Of a stretch of 64,000 nt of DNA, positions 22,957-35,999 are shown in pieces (position 1 is the first letter of the stretch; the number at the start of each line of letters is the position of its first letter). The stretch comes from Psammoneis japonica (taxonomy: Eukaryota): the NCBI GenBank assembly GCA_008632985.1, contig QPGO01000003.1:62001-126000 (forward strand), given 5' to 3'. The notes below the pieces were generated by a model. It was not told the DNA's origin. It did not search any database and saw nothing but the letters and a program-made list of their open reading frames with translations. The translations under genes were made by a program, and so were the position numbers.

Positions 22957-25900
22957 ATGAGGAATGCATTCTTTCGCATGCCGTTGCCGTCTGCAGTAAC
23001 ATTGTTATCATTCATCATCCTACAGGTTGCTCGTTGCCAATCATATTCACGAGACATTGACCCACTCAAGGAAAGGCCGCGAAAAAAGAACAAGGACAAG
23101 TGGCTCCAAGAGAATGCCGGTAGTGCCGAAATCCTTAGAATCGCCGCTGATGATAAAAAGGCACTCCCCGAAGAGTTCTCTCTCTTCGTCAAGTACAAAA
23201 ACAGAAAAGGAAAGTCGTTTGCGAGGAAGGCGTCGAATACTTTCGAGAGACTACCCAAGCATCCCATTGTATCAATCGAAGCAAAGAACAAAGATGCACT
23301 GCGTTCATTGCTGGACGATCCCAATATTGATTTCGTTGAGGTCAATCACAAGATGCATGCGTTGCAACAACTAGACCATTCCACGGTGTCATTGTCTCCC
23401 GAGGAACGAAACCGGCGTCTCATGCAACTTGTCGGGTACGGCATCAAAATGGTTCAGGCGGACCAAATGTGGGACATTCCAAGAACCTCTCATCAAGAGA
23501 AAGACATGACTATTTGTGTTATTGACAGTGGCATGGCATTTGGACATCCTGATCTCCCGACCGAAGGCGTCACTGGGACAAGCACCGGAATGGGCGATTG
23601 GAAGGTCGATGAGTACGGCCACGGCTCACATTGCGTTGGTACGATAGCGGCGCTCGGAAACAACAATCTTGGTATCACTGGTGTGCTTGGAAACCTAACT
23701 GGTTTTAACCTCCATATCAGCAAGGCCTTGAATAAGAGAGGTGATGGCTCAGAATTCCTAGTGTTGCGGGCCCTTGATGGATGCATCACGGCAGGTTCTA
23801 AGATCATAAGTATGAGTATCGGGGGTCCAAGAGTAAGCGATCTCACCCGCGATGCGTTCCAGAAGGCGTACGACGCTGGTGCCTTGCTTTTAGCTGCATC
23901 TGGCAATGCTGGTGATACTGCATACTCTTTTCCAGCCTCTTTCTCTACCGTTATGTCGGTGTCTGCAGTTGGAGAAGACGAAGACATTGCAACTTTTTCC
24001 CAGTACAATGACCAAGTGGAGATTGCTGCTCCTGGCGTCCGTATTTTGTCTACTGTCCCTGTATCCGGTGGACGATACGGCATTGGTTCCTGGAGTGGTG
24101 CGTGTATTGAAAGCCCAATGGACCAACGTTGTACACCTACACTAACTCCTTCTTTTTATTCTTCCCTCCAGGTACAAGCATGGCAACACCTTTTGTAGCT
24201 GGCATTGCAGCCATGGTTTGGTCTCATTTTGAAGAATGTACTAATCACCAAATCAGGAACGTTCTGATCCGAACCGCAAGAGACTTGGGAGAATCGGGTT
24301 GCGACCACGACACGGGTTTCGGTATTGTGCAAGCAAAGGCGGCCTATGATCTTTTGAAACGTGAAGGATGCACAGCAGGTGGTGAGTCTCCAAAGCCACT
24401 TTCAAAAGGAGCCGTTGGTGGTTGCCAGCAAGACCCTTTCTATACCCAGCCTCCCACACCATCTCCTACAGAGTTTCCATGTGACGAAAAGGTGTTTATG
24501 CTCAATCTGACGACAGATGAGTGGGGTGAGGAGACCTCTTGGACTCTCATGAATTCGACAAAGGGTGTCATCGAAACGGGGTCGCGGTATAAGGCGAATA
24601 GAACGTACGCCACGTGGCTCTGTTTGCCCCTTGATAGCTACGTCTTTACCATAGAAGACACAGAGGGTGATGGAATCTGTTGCGACTACGGAAACGGTAG
24701 CTACTCGCTGTACTTTGATGGTGAGCTTGAGAAAGCTGGTGGCGAATTCGGAAATATGGAAGTAGTCAAGTTTGGTATTAAAAGATCATCTGGTGACGTT
24801 TCATCCGAAGATGGCTCATCTCCCAACACTCCGATACGAACTTCATCACCTTCAAGCATACCGACAAGCCCTTTAAACACGGAATCTGGGAAACGACCGC
24901 TAAGGGTACCGTGTATCGACGATCAAGCTTGGGTATTCAAGACGAAGAAGGGGCTCGAGAAGCGCTGTAGATATCTGAAATCCAAATCCGAGTCGAGGTG
25001 CAAGCTAGTTGGAAAAAGAGCAAACGGGGATCAAGCATCCGGCTTCGAAGCTTGTCCATCTACCTGTGGGTCCTGTCCCGAACCCGATACGACTAGCACT
25101 GTCACGCTGTCGCCGACTTTGTCGCTTTCTCAAAGTCGATCGTCGCTCACTCCATCTCCAACAAGTCAGCTTACCTCGCTACCAACTAAGCAGCCAACAA
25201 GCAACCCAACTTCACGGCCAACGACGACCCCAACGTTATCCCCTACATCTCAGCCAACTTATTCACCGACGAGCGCAACATTGTCTCCTACAAGTTGGCC
25301 TACGTTGTCCCCTACGAGTGGGCCTACGTTGCCCCCAACAAGGCCTCCGACTCCCTCTCCAACAATCCAGCCTACGTTGGAGGCAACCAATCCCCCAACC
25401 AACAAGCCCACCTCATCGCCTTCCCGAGCGCCTCCTATTGCCGCTCCCACCGGCACCGATTCAAATGCAGCTCGCAGTAGCACCATTAAAAATGAATCGG
25501 AATGCCACGACGATATGGATTGGGTCTATACCGTAAAGGGCAACCCAAAGACCTGCAAATATGTTGCGAAGGCACCTAACAAGCGGTGTCAGTCTTATGG
25601 GGTGAATGGCAATGGCGACTCAGTATCTGGCGTCGTTGCTTGTCCTTTGTCGTGTGGGGTATGTAGCGTCAGCGCGTCGCAAACGACTCCGGCTCCGTCG
25701 CCATCGCCTATCGCAACACCCTCGTCAACAGAAGGTCCTCCCTGTGAGGATGACAAAGACTGGCACGCTAGCATGTTTGGCCATCGGATGGATTGCAAAT
25801 ATCTGGAGACGAAATCCTCTTCCTGTTGGTTACCTGGCAGGAACGCCAAAGGAGAAACGCAGTCGGGTTACGATGCTTGTCCCGTCGCATGTGACACTTG

Positions 25901-26810
25901 CCCGGTGTCGACCATCATACCGTCAACACTGTGCAATGTTGGATACAAAGCAGGCATTCACTTGTGTGATGAAGATGAGGCAGAAATGGAATGCAACGTG
26001 TACGTTGAGCTTGATGGGGACAGTTGCGATGATTTTTGTGCACAGCAAGGAGGCACTTGCATCTCGGCGTCTGGAGTGGCTGGTCCGGGTGCTACCTGTA
26101 GAACCGCTCATCCGAGTAGATGCAGCTATCCGAGTTCCCGCAATGTTTGCAAATGCTCATTGAGCGACAGCAACGTTCAGTCAGCAGCGCCTCCGCAAGT
26201 GGCGTCATCCTGTAATGATCTCAATGGCGATAGTCTGCTCATGTGCGAAGAGAGTGAATCACAGTGTTCTGCTTACGTAAGATTGCACGGCAAAAGTTGT
26301 AAGGACTTTTGTGAGCGGCAAGGGGCGTCCTGCGTATCGGCAGTAGAAAGTCGTGGCCACACTGCGAAATGCAAAACCTCGTGGCCCGAAGATTGCAGTG
26401 ACAGGGCGTACACGAGCATTTGCACTTGCGAGCTGGGTGGCGGTGGCAGCACCAGTAGAGGCACACCACCACCACCTGCGGCAGCCACACAAAGTTTCCA
26501 AAGAGACGACGGCATGGACATCCGCTTGTGCGAGGTCAAGGAATCAGAAGGCACAGCGAACGTGCAACTAGATGGCCACAGCTGCAATGATTTCTGTAGA
26601 CGCCGAGGTGCGATCTGCATTGCCGCGTTCGAAAGCAGAAGCGAGCGCAGCTGTTCCAAATCTGGCACGTCATTCTGCAGCCGGGAACATTCAAGCGACA
26701 GAACATGCACGTGCTCCTTTGACACTGATCAAGTTACGCCAGCCACACAACCAACAGGGAGCATTAGTTTTTGGAGCGGTCATACAAGCAGATACCATTT
26801 TCCCCACTAA
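22957..26810 (+). CDS. Secreted subtilisin-like serine protease (S8) with multidomain Cys-rich C-terminal extension
   Basis: VIDSG, HGSHCVGTI, ASGN, and SG|TSMATP across intron 24098-24171. Signal peptide and pro-domain. Then a TTDEWGEETSW...GDGICC domain, three ShK-like ACPxxCxxC modules, PT repeats and three copies of a ~10-Cys module. Confidence 0.93.
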
Positions 26811-27441
26811 ATTTTTATTAAATTCCACCGTCAGAAGGCAACTTTCTTATGCAGGTAACCAACTGATCTGTTGTGGTAAATGGAGCACAACAGCAAGTAG
26901 CAGACGCCTTCGAGAGAGCGCAAATAAAAAGAATGAAAATATTCTTTGCCAAGATAGCTCCAGCATCTGTCATGGCCCAGTCTTCAAGCAGAATTAAAGC
27001 ACCAAGAAGCGCTCAGCAATCACGCTCTCCTTTTCTGTTCCGACGCGGCAATGACGACACGTCGTTCTTTGTAATGGTAGCTACCAACGTATTTCAAATA
27101 ATAACACTGAACATAATCAGCCGTGCCTGTGAATTCAACAGAAAGTAGCGCATTCGATGAACGATCGCTTGCATTGCTCAACAACAGGTGCCGGTAATGA
27201 TTGTCTTTTATTCAGAAGAAAATACAATGCCGAGAGTATTTTCCCGCCAAATAATGTGTACTGTACAAACTTATATACAAGTCTGAATAACATTCAAATT
27301 TGAAATACCGGAGGGAAGTTTCGAAGAGATTCACAAACCCCATCGAAACGACCGCGGCGGTCATGATGTGATTGTCACGGGACGTGTACAGGATGCCGTG
27401 TCGAAGCACACAATCCATTCGCCATCATCATCATCACGACA

Positions 27442-28218
27442 ATGATAAGTTCCTTGCGGTGTTTGCCATTATTGCTGCTGTTCGTCTCGTCGTGCCATGC
27501 ACAGCAAGGTGAAACAAGCAGCATTACGGTTTGTTCCAACACGGCCGTCACGGTGACTCAATTGCAAGTCACGTGCGATTCTCCCGGAACGTTTTATTAC
27601 GGAAGTGGTGGGTACCGAAATAGCAAATATTGCAACGTGGGAGACAAGGCCCATGTTGTTGTATATTTTGATATAAACCAACAACAAGATGTGATGTTTG
27701 TGACCTTGACGTGTTTTGCGACAAACCAAAAGGTTCAAATCTATCAAAAAGCAGACGTGTGTAGTGTCAGCAACCATGCAACATCAAGTTTGAATGGAAG
27801 CAGCAACTGTCCCGCGGCTGGATCGTACAAGCTGGAAACGCACTTTTATTTTCAAGGCGGTGACAATGCCAGAAACGATAAAGGATATTCTTCCTACAGC
27901 AACGGCAGTGATTCATTGACAGAGAATACGTACTTTGTACCAACCGTCATGGTTGGATTCTCGTCAGTGCTCGACAATCGTGATGATGAATTTGATTTGG
28001 GTGGTGCCAATCTCGACAAGTGTGCAGGAAACAGTCGACAAGAAATTGTTGCATCGTACCCTGCTAGTAGTAATCAAGAAGCACTCGTCAACTTTGCCGT
28101 GTGCATGGCAATCTTGCTGTCAATCTTGTGTCTGTTGGTATTTGGTATTTGGTTTGTCTTTGTCAAAACAACAAGTAGCTCCGAGGCGGGCTATTTGGAA
28201 GAGGACTTGATGGCATGA
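27442..28218 (+). CDS. Single-pass membrane protein with Cys-containing ectodomain, function unknown
   Basis: 258-aa ORF with a signal peptide, a C-terminal TM helix and a short acidic tail. Confidence 0.8.
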   Translation: MISSLRCLPLLLLFVSSCHAQQGETSSITVCSNTAVTVTQLQVTCDSPGTFYYGSGGYRNSKYCNVGDKAHVVVYFDINQQQDVMFVTLTCFATNQKVQIYQKADVCSVSNHATSSLNGSSNCPAAGSYKLETHFYFQGGDNARNDKGYSSYSNGSDSLTENTYFVPTVMVGFSSVLDNRDDEFDLGGANLDKCAGNSRQEIVASYPASSNQEALVNFAVCMAILLSILCLLVFGIWFVFVKTTSSSEAGYLEEDLMA

Positions 28219-28523
28219 CGACGAATCGAGCCGAAAGGCACAATTAATGGTAAGAGCGGGGAGGTTGGTTCTCTTTTTGAAAATGGGGCGATAAATGATT
28301 TTCGATATATTGCTTTGTTGCTCATTGGTTTTAGAAGTGCTGTCTCTAGACGTAAAGTAGCACCGGTAGTAACTTTGCTTCAAGATCCGACTGATTCTAA
28401 ATACAGTAGTTTGAAATGTAAATCATTCCATCGTATCGTTCAAAACATGTTGTATCCGTCGCGAACAACAAACTGTAGTTATACGCCGTTACAATCTAAA
28501 CGTGCACATTTCTTTCTCTCTCT

Positions 28524-30247
28524 CTATTTCGCATAAAACAAGCACGACTTTTTACACTTTTTCAATCCACACCCCTGACATTTGCCGGATGCACCCTTGG
28601 TACTCAACTTTTGCTTTTCCTTCTTGAGATTTTCCTTGGCCTTCTTTTCTCGTTCCTCTTGTTGGGCAAGATGATCCAGCTGCCGTTGTGCCTCCATGGC
28701 TTGTTTGAATTGCGATCGTTCCTCCTCTTCTCGCTTTTTCAATGCCTCTTGTCGTTTCGTTTCCTCCTCACGTTCCTTATCAATTTGACCTTGTTCCTCT
28801 TGGACCTTGTCGTGTGTCTCTTGCATCGCCATGGCAGATTCGTCCATACTAGAATACCCCAATGCCTTTGTTAAATTCTCGAGTGCTTCCAGAGCGGCAT
28901 CCCGAATTTCTTCAAATTGTACATTTTGAGCCACCTTTTGCAATTCCGGAACAAGCAATGGTCCAAAGGGTTTTACGGATGAGGGTTCATCGACGAGTTT
29001 ACTCATGTTGGAAATGACCAAACACGCCGATCGTTTGTGAATGGCCAATTTTTCCTTGAGACCACGTGCCAACACGGGACACAATATGGACAACGTCGAT
29101 GCATCCACGGCCGTGACAAAGGTGGTGGCCATTAATTCTTGAATGGCCTTGGTGACAAGTGTCGGTTTACAAATGGCTTGTACAACGGCAGGAATGGCCG
29201 GTGCCACATCGGGATTGGGATTGGAACGACAGAGTGCCAACAAGGTCGTGGAGGCTGCTTTCGAGACTTGTGCCTTTGTATCCCAAACTTGTCCAGTAAC
29301 AATAGGGATCAAGTCGGGCAACAATTTGTAAACCAATAGTGGTTCCTTGGTGGCACATTGTGCCAACCGTTCCATGGCATTGTACTTGACTCTCCATTCC
29401 GTCGATTGTTCCAACGATTGAACCAACACGGGAATGGCCAGTTTGGAAAGAGCGTAGCCATTCATGAGTTGAATCAAGGACGACGATGCGTCTTCGGCGG
29501 CTTGTCGTACCGTACTCTGGGTACTGCCACACTCGTCCAACGCTGCCGCGAAAAAGCCATGCATCATCAAGTACGGTTCTGCCATGGTTCCAAGAGCTTC
29601 CGCCAAGGCCCGGACCAAGAGCAAACACCCCTCGCGTGCCACAGCCGGAGTCGTCTTGCCACGCTTGGAATCGGTACCCACCGTCGTGGCGGTGGTGTTG
29701 GCTGTTTCTAACTGGCCAAACTGGCTGTCGATGCCGAGTGTGGCATATTGTTTGCAGTAGAATTACGAGCAAAAAACAATCCATCCATGCCATTTTGAGG
29801 TAACAACGTGGATTGCATTTGAAGCAGTACGCCACATTTCTTGAGTACAAAGGATATACCAAATTCACGACACAGTACCGCAACGTCGGCAGCCGCACCG
29901 GCACGATCCCGTGTAGTGCTGGCGGTTTTCGTGGGTGCCTTGAGAAAATCAGCAGCATGGAGCTCTTCACCCAGGGTCTTCAAAAAGTACAATTCCACCA
30001 ATTCACGTTTCTTTGCATCATCAGAAATGGATTTCAATTCTTGTACAGATGCATCCGTCTTGTAAGCGACAGGTTTCAAGGGAGGAGCAACCGAACCGCG
30101 ACGACCACCCAATGCAGGTTTTTTTGTTAATTGCTTCTTCTTGTTGAGAGTTGTTGCTGAACCGATTCCAATTTTCGTGCTCTTGCTTACACCAGGTTGT
30201 TTTTTGACCTTGATGGAATGGGTTGTTGTTGCACCAATCGTTGCCAT
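28524..30247 (-). CDS. HEAT-repeat protein resembling the eEF3/GCN1 N-terminal region, lacking ABC domains
   Basis: WRVKYNA, LIPIVTGQVWDTKAQVSKAA, NPDVAPAIP, ATTFVTAVDASTLSILCPVLARGL, IKRSACLVISNMSKLV-like (HKRSAC). Coiled-coil and CQGCGLKKCKKSC tail. Apparent 1-nt frameshift at ~29710 joins ORFs 29708-30247 and 28524-29681. Confidence 0.85.
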
Positions 30248-30879
30248 TGTCTTTGTATTTTCTTACCGGAAAACACTCTCTACAAAGTAGAAAACAGATA
30301 CCGTATGCAAAACAGCAACAACGAAACGAAACACGAGAAAAAGTTATTGTGGTCCTCGCTATTTTTTTTTCTGCGGTTGGCGGTTGGCAGCGAAAAAAAT
30401 GTGTGGCCACGCGACATACACGACCACGCACGCAACGACGTGTCCGAACCACGTCTGACGATTGTCACAGACACACAAACACAACACACGGTCAGACACA
30501 CAATTATTGTGTCAATTTGTGATGTCTTGGGGTTCTCTTTTTTCATTCCCGATTGCAGAAATGTTCCCTGACAGCATCCAAAATGGCCGACTGATGACAA
30601 CCTGACATTCTTTGCCTGCCAAGAGAGCATCCCCAAGAGGGGGGGCTGTGCACACACAGGCACCACACAGCTCTCCAGAGCAAGTGTCTGCCAGACAGAG
30701 CCAATCTTCAAACAATCATCATGGCCAACAATGATGGCGCTTTTGGAGATGCTGGGAACAGTTTGGAGAATGCACCAAGTGTTTCTTGACTGGCCTGCAT
30801 GGTCACAGCTCATGAGCCAGGTCACTTGTTGTTTTTGGGCAAAGAGGGCGTGTGTGACCAGCTTTTGAACAAGTCGGCC

Positions 30880-31200
30880 AACCTCTCACCCAAACAAGGT
30901 TGGCCCCATCTCTGCTGACATTTGCTCCAAAAAAGAAACGCAATTTGTTGTGCTTCCCAAATTTAAATTCCACAAATCAGCGTTCCCCGAATGTGCATTT
31001 CGGTCGGACCAAATCGGCACTTTGGTCAGACGAAATTTGTTGACAAATTTGATGCTCGTGACCAAAGTGATTTTGTTTCCCAAAAATGTCATTTTGGCAG
31101 GAGGGGGGGGTGAAATGCTTTTGTCGACCAAATTGCCAGACCAAACAAATCAATTTGGTTAACCAAATTGACGTTTGCAAAATCTCGACCAAATTCATTT
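30880..31200. repeat. Cluster of GACCAAA(T) motifs in both orientations, probably transposon subterminal repeats
   Basis: Repeated gaccaaat / atttggt / tttggtc. Confidence 0.5.
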
Positions 31201-33339
31201 CATGTTCATTTCCACACAAACAATGCTGGTGCAGCTTCTGCAAAAATTCCACGGCGTGTCAACACGTCATGGCATGACATGTGCGCCACATCAATCACAT
31301 GATGATGCATCACTTTCTGTGCACTGATTGTGCTCCCACTCACATGTGTGCTTTTGTTGACTGTTGCAAGAAGGGGGAGATGAAAAGGGTGCTGATGTTT
31401 GTGATTGTCAGTTGACTGATCTGTCAAAACATGCCCATGGCAAGTGCAGTTTTGTCTGCCCCAGCTCCGCAACATGACATGTTCATGAAGTTGCTGTCAA
31501 TGCACAGCACACAAACACACAATGTCAAGCACACACACCTTTGAGGGGCTGGAGTGGAGGTTGATGTTGGTTGCCAGCCAATCACAAAAAAATGTTCCTT
31601 GTGCTTTCCTGTGTGACAAAAAGGTGCTCTGCAAAAAGTTTGCTTTCCACATTCAAATGCCCAGCACCATGAACAACACACACACACACACCTCCTGCTG
31701 CACTCTTGCAAGATGTTGCTGCTTTAAAGAGTGGGGGAGACCAACAATGCCCACATGTTGGGTGTTCTGTGGCTGTGGTGGAAGGTGAAAGTCTGGCTCA
31801 AGCCAAGCTGCAAAAAATTGGGTGAATTGGGGCACACATCACAGGGCTCCTCAAAACTTGTGACTTGGGCATGTGGACAAAGGGAGGTTGACCCTTTCTC
31901 AACACCAAGACAGATGATGACATCCACACAAAACCCTCTTGGTCACAACACTCCATTGAAGCATTCCAGCCCTGGCTGGGCTGGGTGTGACCTTGTGCTG
32001 CATGGCTGCAATGTCGATGCTTTTTGTCATGCACCGCATGTTGCACTCACACATTTCTGCATGTCTTTGGTGGCACCTTGAATCATTGTTTTGCCACACA
32101 ACAATTGGGTGATCCACTGAACAATGTTTTGCATTTGTTCACACAAAGCAACTCTTGAGCATCCACAGAAAATGCTGGCACAGGTGGATTTTCAAAAATT
32201 TTGAGTTTGAAGAGGTGAGAACATGCTGGTGCAAAATTTTCCATTGTTCAGATGTTGTTTTCAAACAATGTGCCCATGTTGCTCAGTGTGTGAGCTGCAA
32301 AGCTTGCACACAGAACTTCGTGGACCCATGTTGACACACAAGCCCTGGCTGCTTGTGGGGCCAGAATGCCTCCATTTCATGGCTTGCTGTTGACCTCCTG
32401 AAAACTGCATTTCACCTCTCTTTCATGCTGAAAATGTGCTGCACAATCTATGAAGACTTGCTGCAAGCCACGCTTCTGAGTTCTCAGATTTGACATCATT
32501 TTGCATCTCTCTGTGGTCACTCTAGAGAGCAAACTCAAGCAAGGCAGAGTCTCCATTCACTGAAACTTGTTTTTGTTCTGTGGGGTGGTGGCATCAATGC
32601 AATTTGGTCAACATTGCTCAATTGCTTTTTCCTTGAACCACACGTCAAGAATCTTGTCAGCAAACTGCACTCTGTGTGCTCTCTGCCTCAAGCACAGCTC
32701 TCTCTCTTTCTCTCTTGAAGGAACGATCAAAATTGGCAAAGGTGTCAAGGTGGAAAAGGTTCTTTGGAGCCACACACTTGCTCTGCTCATGAGAGCCCTG
32801 GTGCACCAGCATCTCTTGCTTGGGTGATGGCATTGGCCAGAGCTGCTCCCTTGAGCCTTGCAGGGCCAGCACCTCACTCTCAGTTGCTGTTGGGCAAATC
32901 TCCTTGGCCAGAGCTTTCTCATGCCACCACCATTTTGCACTTGTGTTTTTTGGCCTTTCATTGCTGCCCAGCTTTGCCCCAGAGGGTGCTAAAATTTGGC
33001 ACATTGTTGGTGAGTGCAGAGATGGCACACAACATGGTGTTGCACCAAGTGACAGAGCTGGTGTGCTTCAACCAATTCTTGATGGAGAGTGGGTCTCCAA
33101 TTGGATGATTGCAACCTTGCATGAATGAGGATCTGATGGAGCCACCCTTGCTGTGGTCCAAGAAATGATGAATGTTCAGGCACCTCATCTGCCGTGTCAA
33201 TGTCGCCATTGGCTTCAAGAGGGTTTTTGTCATCATTGTAACTGTGGCGGTGGTCTGTGCGCACTCATGCCAATCGAACAATGCTCATGCACACAGCAGA
33301 TCAAGAACAACACATTGTTCCCTCTTTCACTCCAATCCA

Positions 33340-34570
33340 TGCCATTCCAAACTGACAATCAGTCTGCCACAGACTTTTGTTTGCATCGGCACAATGCTCT
33401 GACTCACAAAGAATCAAGACAAGAAAAACACATGGTTAAACTCAAAATGCTTGAACGACTCTGCGACATTGTGTGCTCGACAAGAGTGCCGCTGCCGCAG
33501 AGCTTTTTCAGTTGGCACGCACTTTTGCTGTTTTCTGGGCCTTCTTTTTTGCCATTTCAGGCAACACCCTTCTTCACATGTTCTCTGCAAGACACCCTGG
33601 ATTGTCCAGGCAGGACAGTGTGAATGTCACAACAATCACAAGGACTTGTGTCAAAAAGTTGGTGTGTGATGCCGGCCGAAGATGAGCATGTCGCCATGGT
33701 TGTTTCTTGGTTGGCGTGGAGGTGCAACGTTTTTGTGCAACACACAGTTGGTGCTTTGTTTTTTGTGCCTTCCGTTTTTGGCTGGTTTACACCCAAGCTG
33801 TCTTTGAGTTTGGTGTGTCCAGGAATCATGAGCGAAATGGGGTGGGAATTGCAAGACATTCTCTTGTGTGTCATCAAGCAATGCACGCATCCAAATGGTG
33901 ATTCTGACGCACCAGTTTCAGTGAGCATCTTGCATGGAGCGTCACTTCTTAATGCATCACAAGTGTGATTTTCATGGTCGAATGTCTCTCATGCTCTTGT
34001 CTCTTGTGTGGACTCTGGTTGCTTGTGCTGACACCTCGTCATTCTGTGACGTGCACATTGGGCACTCCCTTTGTGTTGCACTGTCGCACCTTTCAACTGG
34101 TGCATTGCTTGTGCTTTGATTTGCAAATGCCCGGTGCATTCATTGCCTTTGCCAATTCATGTGCCAAGGCACTGAATGTTGCAGTGCAAAACAAGTTGAG
34201 ACAAATGCAAGCCTGGAGTTTTTTTGGATGTGCAGTGTCGTGTTGGTCTCAAGGGATTCATTTTTTGCATCATTGTCACAAAGTTGTCATTGCAGTTTGT
34301 AAAAAGCCGATGCACCGCTGGTGCTGTTGGTGTCCACAAGCTTGATTGCACCAGTGCTTTTGGTGTTTTCAATTGGAAACATTTCATTCAGACACACTTT
34401 CAATGGTGGCAAAAATTCCAAACCATGCCGACACAAATGCTTGGTTCCCAACAGCAACAACAGCAAACATGCAGCAGATGACTCAGCTCCTTTGCCATGT
34501 TGGCATCAGCTTCAATGCAAGAGTCTGGCCCTGTTTCATTGAAATTGAGAGAGGAACTCAAGGGCAAATG
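33340..34570 (+). repeat. Dispersed repeat, copy 1 (homologous to ~60530-61760)
   Basis: Shared tracts such as gccgcagagctttttcagttggc, ccaggaatcatg..aaatggggtgggaa, and tggtgtccacaagcttgattgcac. Confidence 0.88.
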
Positions 34571-35999
34571 AGGTGCTTGTTTGAAAGAGAAACTCACTGA
34601 GCAGTTTGAGAAACAATCTGTGAGTCCATCTGTCTCTCCTCTCTCCAAAACCCAGAGCCAGAACACAGCAAGAAAAGTGCTGATGCAAAATGCTGTGGAG
34701 GCGTCAACTCCCACAGCAGCACTGCAACAATCACACCATTGTGGCACAAAAACCAAAGAAAAAAATGCATCACCATGTGAAATGCCGCCATTTGACGGTG
34801 ATGCAATGCTGGCTCTCTTCTTCCACCTCCTCATCTGAGTTTTCCTTGCAGACATGCAAACAACAACAGCACGGCTTAGACACCATCATCGTGCCATTTT
34901 GTCTGCAGCTGTCCTTGCGTGTTCTTTGTCAACAAAACAAATTCTCCTGATGAGCCCAAAATTTTACATCTTGAACAAACAAGGGAGGGGGGGGGGGGGG
35001 GGGTTCTGTGCTGGTGCTGTGGTGGGTGGGGACCAGAGGAGAAGCTGTGTGGTGTGTGTGCAAAAGAAAGAAGAGAGACAAACAAAAGCCAACATCTTGC
35101 TTGTGTGTGAAAAAAGTGGTGGCCAATGTCCAGGGCAAGACATTCCAGAATGAAAAGGTGAGCCTCACACATGAGAAAAGTGAGCCATGGCAAAGCTGGC
35201 TGTCCCATGCCATTTTGGTGGAGTTGCCCCATTTCTGGCTGTCACACAGCCCCAAGGCCACTCTCTCCTCTTGTTTTTTGCCAAGGTGTTGGCTGCAGTG
35301 CTGGAGGGGAGGGGGGCAAACAGGCAGAGACAGGGTGGTGCAAATGGGAGACACAATTTTTGAATGATGAGTTTGGTTTGGAAAAAACTTGTCAGGCACT
35401 TGACAAAGATCTCATCATCTGCTCTGCACAAAAAAAGGAGAAAACGTGGGCTGTGATGACCCCTGACAGGGGTTCTTGGGTGTGCCCACTCTGCAGTCAC
35501 ACACAGCATTGTGCACACATGCTGGCAATCTAAGAGCAGCAATGCGCTGAAAAACAAGCCTGGTTTGTGAGCCCTGTTGCACACCTTTGCCCAGCAGTGC
35601 TGGTGTCAGCATGCCCGCACTTCTGTCACACTGTGCTGCAATGTGCCAGAAGGGCAAAAACTGGCCAGAAGATGTGTCACCTGGTTGTGGGGCCCAACAG
35701 AAAGAACAGGTGATGGCATGAGTGCAACAAAGCATGAAGGACATTTGCTTCTTTGATGCTGTTTTTTGGATGTGGTCCAGTCATTGCAGCCAATCTGAAA
35801 GCAACACAGTGCTGCACAAAACAACAACTGACCAGGCACTCTGCATCATTTGCTGGCCTCTCACAGATGTTCAGCTCCATTTTGTGCCTTGCCACTGCTC
35901 CAAGGGCTCAACATGCACCTCGTTGCTGATGTTCACTCAGGCTTTTTGCCAAAGCCAGTTGTGTGCGCAGCTCTTGTTCAGCAGTTTGGCCTCAAACCA

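Noticed and set aside
34988..35003. Poly-G run as a G-quadruplex or regulatory element
   Set aside because: It is a simple homopolymer inside degraded repeat DNA, and its length is unreliable.
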